NCBI GenBank assembly: GCA_973851085.1
Contig: OZ316776.1
Span: 9,920,001 to 9,984,000 of the forward strand
Reading direction: 5' to 3'
From: Ptychomitrium polyphyllum
Lineage: Eukaryota
Length of the DNA stretch: 64,000 bases
Shown: positions 54,008 to 64,000 of the stretch, piece after piece
Numbering within the stretch: position 1 is the first letter of the stretch
Layout: every line of letters begins with the position of its first letter
Position numbers and translations under genes: made by a program
The notes under the pieces: generated by a model
The model's database searches: none
The model's input: the letters and a program-made list of their open reading frames with translations, nothing else
Told to the model about the DNA's origin: nothing

Positions 54008-57000
54008 TTATGAAACAGTACGCCCGTAACTTACAGCTGCAATGTAAAGATTCTTGGACCATTTCTCCTGTTGAAAACCAAAACAAGTAGTTAGCAAACA
54101 AAAAATATATATAAGCTTTCTTGCTAAATCCACATAACGACTGCATGAGCATCTGAGAAAAAAAAGCAAACTCACCTTCACATGTGTGCTTGGGAATGCA
54201 GATGTACGCAACGTTTCTTGAGTTTCATCGGCCGGTTTCCTGCGTGGGACACTCAAAACAAAAGCAGCCTGGTCCCATGTAGCAGCTGTGGAGGTTATGC
54301 GATATCCACTGTCCCATCGCCTATGAATGCCTTCACTGGGATACAAAAAGTCTAGCTCGACCACCTGTAGAGAAAAACGTCAGTCATGGAACAAGAACAC
54401 GAGTCATAATCTGCAGAAATAAAATTAGTCAAGCAAATATAAAAACTGAGTAGACTGTAAAATTACCTGGTCTGAAAACCCTGCGTTTCGTGACATGACA
54501 ACACCCCAACGGCTACCTGCTGTGGCCATAGACGTCACATAGAACCCTTCTCGCCATTTCTTGTTGATCCACTTAAAGGGAAACGAGTCGCTGACTTTGT
54601 AAGATTGCTGTGTATATGATGTACCTGGAAACAAAAGGTAGCAAGAGATGATGTGATGGAAGGGGAAATACATAGATAGTCAGAAAATATACTGGAATTG
54701 AAAAGTATGGCGCCGTGCTGAAACTCAGAAATCTCTGGTTCATAATAAATTCAAACATTCACCACAAAACTTTGAAAATACCTTTGGACATGACAACCAG
54801 AGAGCTCCCATTATTGGCACCAGCAATGGCGCTGATGTAGAAATTCTTTTCCCACTGTTCCATGATCCACTCCTGCAAGACATCACAAAAATATTAACTT
54901 TCATATTTAGGGTACGTGACTGGCTATCCTTATTAGAAAACCAAAAGTTGATTGAACCTTCAGTGAAAACAGGGATCAACAAGTACAAACCTTATGGAGG
55001 AAAACATGTGACAGTTCATAAACTTGCGCAGTAAATCCAGTCCCCGCATCCATGATAAGAGCCCACAGGTTTGTACAAGAAGCCACACTGCTTATATACA
55101 GGCCATCTTCATTACCCTTTTCCACATGCTGCGTGAGCCGAGAATCAGCCACATTGTAATGATACCTGCCATTTCAAGCATGATAAGGTCACAATTTGTT
55201 AAACTACCACACTTGTAACACCACTGTCAACGAAGAGTTGTCAGAACTCATTCGAAACAAAAAATGGATAGACTATCAATTTACATAAGAAGCTTTAAAC
55301 ACCATCTCTGAAATTCTGAATTGCAAAACAAAAAATGCCAGTCTAGGTTTATAGTGGACAACAGCAACCCTTAAAGGACCAAACCTAAGTATCTATTTGA
55401 CATCTTCATAACAGTCGAAACATTTCAGCTGAATGTTGCCATCGTACTAGGCCATACCTCTGCTTCATAGGTCGTCGAGCATTGTAGACGGTAATCCATT
55501 GAGTTGCAGGCATTCCCAGACGAATTTTCTTCTTTGGTTGGTCATCCTCATCCTCTTCAACACTAATTCTACCCCTCTTCTGGCCAACCTGTATGGAACA
55601 CTGGAGTCCTGGAAAGTCAATAATGAAAACTGAAGGATGATAATATTACAATAACACCAGCGGTGGCACACAAAAACCTAATATTGAGTAAAAGATGCTC
55701 ACCTTTTGAGCACCATCTGTGTTGATTGGTCTGACGGCAGGATTGGGGCCTAAAATAGAATCAAAAAGTACAACAAGTTTGCCATAATTTGGCTCTTCGT
55801 CAAACTTCATATTTACGACCATCTCAAGAAACTGCTTGAAGGGAGGTGGGCAGAAACAGCAAAGCATCTCAGGTGAAGTTGCCATTTTCTTCTTGCACAC
55901 AAGAAATCCTTTGTTGTCACCCTACAAACCATAAGATAATGTTGAGAATAAGGCGAAATACAGCAGGATCTGAGCCTCGGAAAAATAAGAATATTTTCAT
56001 ATAAACTACGACTATCTGATCCTTGTCACACCTACAGCTTCAAGTGGTAACCCATACCTGATAGCCCTGCCAAGGCAAACGACCTCGTAGAAGGAAAACC
56101 AAAGTATAAGCAAGAGACTCCAAATCATCCCTCCTACTGCCAGTCCTTCCCAAGTGTACATGCACACTTGCATAGCGGACTGTTCCACTGCCAAAACAAA
56201 CATAGCACAGCTTCAGGGATAAGTTCTGAAATAGGCACAATCAACACTAATGACAACAAAAACGCAGGAAGTACTGAGCGGCGGAATCAAAAATCTCACC
56301 GAAACACGTCGGGCCTTTGGTCATATTCCACATGTTGACCAGTTGTACCATCCCTCCATCGAGTGGCTGTACAGAACAATGTCACTAATAAAATGCTGAG
56401 AACATGAAACCACAATACTATTGATCAAAATTACTACTGACTCTACTACAAGCAACTCATTCAGCACTACGACGTAAACTACAATGGTAATATCAGATTT
56501 CTGAAAGGAGATAATGGATACAGAGTTGCAACAAAAATTTAAAAACAAAAAATTTAAGAGTACTTCAACTCACCTAGACCAAGATCCACAAGAAACAGCT
56601 TCTTCTCATCGGGTGTGTTTGGCTGTCCCAAGAGAAAGTTTTCAGGCTTCACATCGCCATGTACATACCTGGATCAGGCCCACGTTCAATAATAAAGATG
56701 AGAAAACTTGGAGAAAACAACTAATAAAAACAAAGAAAGAAACCACCACTTAATTCACAACCTTCTGAATCACAAAGAATGAACATACTGAGTTAAACAG
56801 AAACCATACCCTCTAGAATGCATTTTCTCAAGGATTGAGATGGACTCCACGGCAATGCAAGCCACCATTTCAGTGGACATTCTGCAAATACATTTTCCAA
56901 CCTTTTCAGTCTCAGTTATCCAAAGAGATAATAGAGTCCCATTAAGAACAACAGAAATTCAACAAAATGAGCTCCTGAACGCATGTCTGCTTACGCTTGA

Positions 57001-58679
57001 CCAGAAGTGTTCCAGACGTCCCAAAGACTAGGTCCAAGCATATCCATAACCTGCAAAAGCAAAGAGCAAAACATAACAGAACGTCAGATTCCAGAAGAGG
57101 CACAACAGAAATTAGGAAAGAATGGTAATCGTGAGATATATCCGAAATCTGAAAGAAAAACTGTTAATAAAACACAATAAATTACGCACCATGACGTAAT
57201 AGTCCCCTTGACGACCTTTGTAATGTACCCGAGGCACACCATGACTGCCACCTAAAGTGCTGTAAAAGACAACCAAACCAACACTGTGAGAATATTATCC
57301 ATATTTTAAAGAAGCATAGACCTGCCATATTGGAACGCAAAAACTTGGGTTCTCTATTAGCACAAACTACATGGATATCAAGGACGCACTTGTAAACCTG
57401 CCACTCGTAAGGAGGACCATAATTGCATCCTTTGCTGCTCCTGTGCTCAAACTTCAATGCTACCTGCAAGCACAGGCATCATTACATTCTTCAATAGAAC
57501 AAAGAACATGGCAACATAGGATTAAAACATACGGATAGAAAAATATTAACACAAAATTTTCAAGACCTCTGCGACATGTAACATGCAGCAAAAACATGCG
57601 GCGAAAGAAACACGGAGAAGTTGGATGCAACAAGTACCTCCACAGCCTGTGGACCGGTCCGTTCTGAACCACCACTTAAACGGCGACCAACATAGACTTG
57701 ACCAAAGCCACCCTTGCCAAGTTTCCTCTCAATCTTGTACACTGGTGAGCCACCAACTTGAACCTGCACGTTGAGCATATTAGCAATCAGGAATCCGAAT
57801 CGCACAGGCAAGCAAGAATCTGACGACATGTCACAATTGTTATTTGACAACAGTACGATACCCTACTCCGCGAGAATGACTGATATACGACATGTATGCT
57901 CAGAGACATCAAAAAAGATACAGACTACATGAATACGCATCGAAAGATCTTAAATCCAATAGGCAGCAATGCAGAATCAACCTTGAACATCTCGCATTCC
58001 GCAAAGTACAGACCCCAATGCAAAAAACAACCAAAAAAGAAGGAAAACGCGAGTGTGCGACGTCAATTACCCTCTCTGGAAGGGGGGCAGCACTTCCATC
58101 ATCATCTCCCGCTCCCGGGAGCTTCTCGGCACTCCGTCCAGCGCTTTCCTCTTCCATCTCCCTGATTTCCTCAGCCCCTTCCTCCTGTTTCTCTTCCCCT
58201 AGATCTAAATCCTCTTCAATGTTGTCCTCAGACGTGCAGGGATCTTGCAACGGTTCCTGCGCTGGAGAATGAGATCTAGAAGGCACCTGCTTGCCCCGTC
58301 CCGCGGCTTTCGCTTTCGATGCAGGCACTGCAGCCTTCGGCTGCACAGTAGGTTTAGTATTCCTCGCCTGCTTCGCAACCCGTCCCGTCCCAGTACCCGC
58401 ACCCACACCAGCACCCTTTCCGCGGCCGGCAACCCTAGGCGTCACAACCGCTGCCTCCTTCGCGACCGCAGCCCTCGTCCTAACCCGATTTCCCACGGGC
58501 GCTACAACCACAGCCTCCGCAACCGCACCACCAGTCCCTCGACCCGCACCGCCTACTACTCGTCTCCTAGGAGTCGTTCGCCTTGTCGGCACCGTCTCAG
58601 CGCATGCACGAGGCGCAGCTACTGCCGGCACCGGAGGTGGAGAGCGGGGTTGGCGCGCTCCACTACGCAGCTCTGGCAT
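54008..58679 (-). CDS. MLK: Plant-specific casein kinase 1-like kinase of the MUT9-like/PPK/EL1(HD16) family, ~773 aa, 16 exons: 58679-58071, 57763-57638, 57463-57390, 57259-57190, 57050-56995, 56881-56810, 56668-56574, 56366-56300, 56187-56058, 55921-55703, 55588-55458, 55165-54991, 54872-54782, 54624-54467, 54364-54176, 54067-54008
   Basis: Family motifs: MPELRSGAR start, [65 protein letters not shown], and the C-terminal domain ending YGRTVS*. Exons sum to 2322 nt in frame. Confidence 0.97.
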
Positions 58680-59104
58680 CCTTCACCCATGCACTCCACC
58701 AACCTCTGTATTCCCTCCTTCCTCCGGATCATATCTTTCCTCACTCCTCGCCCCCCACGCACTCCTTCTCACAACTCTACCAACCCCCTCTCCTCCCCTC
58801 CTTCCCTCCAACGACGAAACCCTCGCCTCTCCACCTCACCGGATCTACCTCCCGCTATATCTCCCCTCGCCTACCTATCCGCAATGCAAACCTCATCTCC
58901 ACATACTCTAAACTCAAACCACACCCCCGCACACACAGACAGATACAGAGACACACACAAGCAAGTTCCTCTCTCCTCGCTCTCTTCTTTCCTCGTCTTG
59001 TTCTCTTTTGCAGCCAGCTCTCTCTGCGTGTGGTTGTTGCTAAAGAAACGGCAGCTTCGGCAAGGGCAGGAAGGCTGGTGCTGTGGTGTTGCTGCGGCCT
59101 ACCC

Positions 59105-59142
59105 TCATCACCACCACCACAACTTCAACAACAACAACAACT
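59105..59142. repeat. CAC/CAA trinucleotide tract upstream of the MLK gene
   Basis: TCATCACCACCACCACAACTTCAACAACAACAACAAC. Confidence 0.7.
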
Positions 59143-62100
59143 CAAGCAAACGAAAAAAATGTAAAAATGCACCAAAGCGGGCCTTCTCCAAGTCTGCTCC
59201 CGGACGAATAACCGGCCCGGACCCGGACTTACCCGGACCAGCCAAGATCCACCCACCCGTCCGGATGCGTGCCCGCGTTCTCCAACATCACCCGGCGCAG
59301 TTGCTTCGTTCCCGAAGTGGGACAGGCGTAGAAACCGATAGGAGTTTGTATCGGGAACGAGGACCTGGGAACGTATGGAGAGCGTTGTATGGGAACCAGC
59401 GGGTGAGGGGAGCGGGCATAGGGTCGTAGAGAGGGTGGGGGAGCAGGTGGTGAACCGCGCGGTAGGTGTGGAGTGGAGCACCGTTTTGGTCGCCAGTCGA
59501 ATACAGTAACTTAGTCTAGGGTAGCATGAGGGCTGCATGTGTGCATCAGTCCATGCCCTGTAAGGGTATGTGGTTGGCTAGGTTGGGATTCATGGCATGC
59601 ACTGCTGCAACCACAGCCACATTGGAGTTGTCCCCCTTGGTATATTCAGTCTGGTTTGTTACTATATTATTGGCCCTTCGCCCTGGGTACAGGCCCTTCG
59701 AGATTGCTTGAGATTTGGAAATCACATGAAATGAGTATCAGGACTAAATTGCTCCAATATGTACATTGAATAGGGTATGTAGATCTACCCCACACAGTGA
59801 GTTGTCGCCTCACCTCTGTCCATGTTTCGAAGTTGGAATCCTTATGTAAGCCTCAACCTTGGAAGTGTCTTGCAATGGAGATCCAATATATTGTCCATTA
59901 ACTTAACTGCAAATAAAAGTCACTTTGGTTTTGCTGCATCCTTATGTTGACATAATGGTGGGAGGGAGTAAAAATCTTGGAGAAGGTGTAAGTTTTTATT
60001 ACAGTGCAGATGTACAAATTCCCTGCTTGATCTGAGGTTAACTTCTTGTAAAGCTCTACCTGTCAAGTTGCATAAAATTATAGTTGCCTTATTTACAAAA
60101 AAATTATTATATAGTATGGCGTGTCAAGATATTGCAGAAAGTCATTCAAATATACTATTTAATGTACACCATTCACCGTATTTACTTTATACATATTAAT
60201 TCTTCATTTATTTTATATCCATTAACTCCATAATCCTATAGCAATTGAAAATATACATGTAACTTCAAATAATATGCATATTATTCATGTATATAATACA
60301 ATATTTAAGAAACATTCTCATATTTGGAGATGGTATGTAACCTATATAAATGTATACAAGTATTTTTCTAACACATGGACAAAATTTCAAGCCATTTATC
60401 TTTTTAACTTCCTAAAGTTTAAATTTTTCTTTGTTGACTATATAGGTGTCACTAAAATACAAGAATTTTACATAATTCTTATTTATTGGTATGTCTTTAT
60501 GAGTGTTGTGTCCAAATAAATATAGAAATAATAACTTGTTGCTTTAAGGGCCACTTTTCTTTAAAATCGTTAAATAATCATTGCCTTAAAAATTGCCTTA
60601 AAGTGACCATCTCATTAACATATGTTTTGGTTTTATGCTATTCATATTATTAATGAGTCTTTTGGGATGGACAATGGTTGTGCTATGATTGAATTTTCAT
60701 GTCCACCCTATTATAACTGTATAAACTTGTTCTTACATGCAGCCTTAATTACTTCTTAGGAATTGTATGCTTTAATAGAATTTGAATTAAATGTCAAATT
60801 ATGGATCAAGATAGAATATCAACATAAAAGTACTTGAATGATAAGCTTCAAAAGAAATGCAAGGTTTTTTTAAAACCTTTAAATTCTTACTTTTAATTTA
60901 TCTTCTTTTTCTTTTAATATTCCAATAACAAAGTGGAGTTAGCTTGAAGTACTCCAATTTTTTCTTCACCAAAATCTTACATGACTAAAAATGGACTATT
61001 AGATGTTAAAATTAAATTTCTACAAGAAAAATGATAAAACTAGTATTTTGTGATAATTTTTTTAAAAAAAATTAGAACAAAAATAGTCTAAAATACCATA
61101 AACCATAAGATGAAATTTTTTTTAATCTAAATACACTTTAAACTTGAAATTTGTATGGTACAAAGGAAAGTATGAAATGATGCTACCATATTGTTTTTGT
61201 AGATTTTGTGTTTTTACATTTTATTTTTTTGTATTTATATAATGTATTTAGAAACTTTTTACAATAACTTCTAAAATCCATTAAATTATAATTTTTTGGA
61301 TTGATTATTGATTAGGAGCTATGATTGGTTTTTAATTTAGTTCATAATTATAAATATAATTTTGTTAGTTTGGAAAGAGATTTTGATTTTGATTAAAAAT
61401 ACACTATTAATTGATTTTGCAATTTCAACATGTACCATTGTGCTTATTATGATACGTGTTTAGTTATGGTAATACCATTCTATTATATCTTATGGGCATA
61501 GACTAAGGATGTTGAAAGGATATATGTATAATTTACTAAGAACCTTTAAAAAAATTATAGTTTTATGTTTTCCATAATATATGAAGTATTAAAAAGAATT
61601 GTAGTTTTGCTGCAAATTTTGTTGGAAATTGTTTCAAGCAATAGTTTGCAAGAAATTGTTATGAACTTGGATTACTTTAGTATTATGTAGAATGTGGAAA
61701 AAAATATTGTAACAAGGTGTAAAATATCAAGGTGTGAGGTGTCCATGCAAAAGTTGTTCTATCAGTTGTAAATGATTGTAATGCTATTAAAATCATTGAC
61801 ATGCCCCTTGAACCTATACCAACTTATTTCTTCCCAAGTGCTTATTTAGATCTAAGCATCTTAGTTCATTTCCATCCAATCAATTCAATGTACTTTTATT
61901 CTAGTGAGACTTTCCATTAAACAAAGATTATTTCATACATCCATGTTGTTAAGAGCAATCTATATTATTTGAAACTACTTCAATTAATATTTGCTAATCT
62001 CATTAAGAAACCTACATCATTTGAGAAATTTCAGGTCTTGTATCATTTGATATTTTGAACAAAATCTGCCCTTTTTGAATCATGAATGACTACATAATTT

Positions 62101-64000
62101 AAAAACTCACATAATTTTAGATCTGAAGTGAGTTTCATGCTTGAGGGATAAGTCTTGAATGCTTTAGAAGATGTGTTCAAAAAATTGCATGTATTGTACA
62201 AATTGAGTGGCTCATAGAAATTTCATTGGTGATCATTTTGATTAACTTGGTTGCGAGTATGTATGCCAGTTAATGCAAAAATCAATGAGCAGATTGGAAG
62301 TTTATAAGGTTTTGCTCCAAAAATAGCATGTCAGTTACTATCAGAGTTTTATGGCAATGAGAAGCACATTGCAGAAAATAGTACCATTTGTACCTACATC
62401 ATGTAAAATTTCATAGCCATACAAGCATTCACAAGGATTCTCAAAAATACCACAGATAAAAAATTCTCAACTGTGACCGGAAGACACCAGCTCAGCTGAT
62501 TAGTCCACTTACTAGAAATTTGTCTTTGCAAATAATCATGGTTGGTGTTATCATATAGCTCTGTAAGCGCTGAAGTTTAGGGATAAAGAATACAATACAC
62601 TCATCTACAACTCTAGCAAACCATCCAAAGAACCTAATTTTGTAGTGGAATTGAACAGCTCAGGGCCAATCACTTGTCTTTGCTTGGACTTAGAGATCAA
62701 AGTCTAGGTGTGCTGTAATCTCATAATGAAAACTCAACACCAGAATAGTAATATTCTTTGTCCAATGGAAATCAACTTACTGGGTTATACGTCAATTGCT
62801 GTCAATACAGTTCTACAACTGCTGCAATCCACAGACAGATTAAAAGGTGATTCTTTTAGAAAATAGCAAGTTTGCAAATTTGTGCCAGTCCTTGCAATCA
62901 TTCTAAGCATAATGACCCTAAAAAACATAAGGTTTCTATTTTCTGATAATGCACTCTCTGACAAGATTATAATATAACAACCAAACATTAATGTCCAGAT
63001 TGAAAATGGTACATTGACACCAATGCAACCCATCACCACAGGGCCTTGTTTAAAATGTAATGATTTCAAAGACCAAGTTCAAAGGGAAACCCTGGGATTT
63101 AAATCTACACAATTTGTGGTCCCCAACTATTCACAAGCAATCAAATAGCCACTGCATATGAATATAAACAGGTCTGTGTTGTAATTTGTACTTATGGTCA
63201 CCAAAGCTTTGGAACTGTAGTTCAGATGTCAAAGACCTATCAACTTCAAAGGGTAGTGGAATGCTGACCTGCAAAATCTAGGTCACTATTTGCTCAACTA
63301 CCATAATCATCATGTCCAAGAAATGGCACCTTAGTTATAAAAAAAATTTCATAAGAAGGTGCATTTCTTTGAAAATCAAATTATGATGTTGTGTGGCACT
63401 CATGTTAAATTACATAATCCTGATTATGAGTTATCAATTTCAAGAAAACCTGAAAACACAAACCAAAACTCATTATCCTTTAAGGGCCAGAAAATCCTTT
63501 TAGAAATAGGATGGGTTGATATGGGATCTTTTAATTGAACATTGTATTATTTCATAGCTCATATTTTTAGAAAGAAAAGTGTGGTAGACTTATTCTGCTT
63601 TGTTGTTAATGAATGAGTTCCTTCTCAATTGTGTGTCTTATTCTTACAGGGACAAAGATGGGGAGTCAAGGAAGCACTCTATTTCAGCCAGCTTCAGAAG
63701 ATGCCAACGCTCTTGTGAGATCATTCACCTAGTTTCTTGGACAAATGGAGGGATTGGCTTAGAACTTGGAAGTTTTTACCTGCTGTCTGTACCAGGGTGA
63801 AACACATGAAAGCTCCAGTCAGCCTAATTTTACACTTGATAAGATTGGATTTGGATTCAAACTAAGACCCCCTTTAGGGATTGAGTGAACAGAATTGTTT
63901 GAAAGCCAGAGGTACAGATGCAAGCGGTAGATTATTCCTTATAGACTCATGACTTTCACTTTTTATTAGTTTTATTACTTTCATTTGCACTATTATTTAC

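Noticed and set aside
58245..59429. 394-aa, 206-aa and 193-aa plus-strand ORFs
   Set aside because: Antisense shadows of the GC-rich MLK exon 1 and 5' region; low-complexity R/P/S composition with no domain.

Overview
AT-rich plant genomic DNA with spliceosomal genes. It is probably the moss Physcomitrium patens or a close relative; this is an inference from the Tcn1-like chromovirus LTRs (TGTTACGGACA...TGTCCGTGACA), the Phygy-like Gypsy and the gene-island/AT-rich repeat layout. All host genes are on the minus strand: a CPYC glutaredoxin (4 exons), a phi-class GST (3 exons), an 18-exon LRR-VIII-1-type receptor kinase, a tandem copy of that kinase lacking the ectodomain but with an intact reading frame, and a 16-exon MLK/PPK/EL1-type casein kinase 1. 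Mobile DNA comprises a decayed full-length chromovirus (37645-44005; direct LTRs, 5-bp TSD, Tf1-type self-priming signature), solo or truncated LTRs of related families, and a decayed Ty3/Gypsy gag-pol element at 515-7173. The most unusual feature is this last element: its roughly 530-bp terminal repeats are INVERTED rather than direct, with TG...CA ends, a 6-bp near-perfect target duplication (ATGCAT/ATGGAT), and no recognisable PBS or PPT. All gene models and alignments were made by eye.
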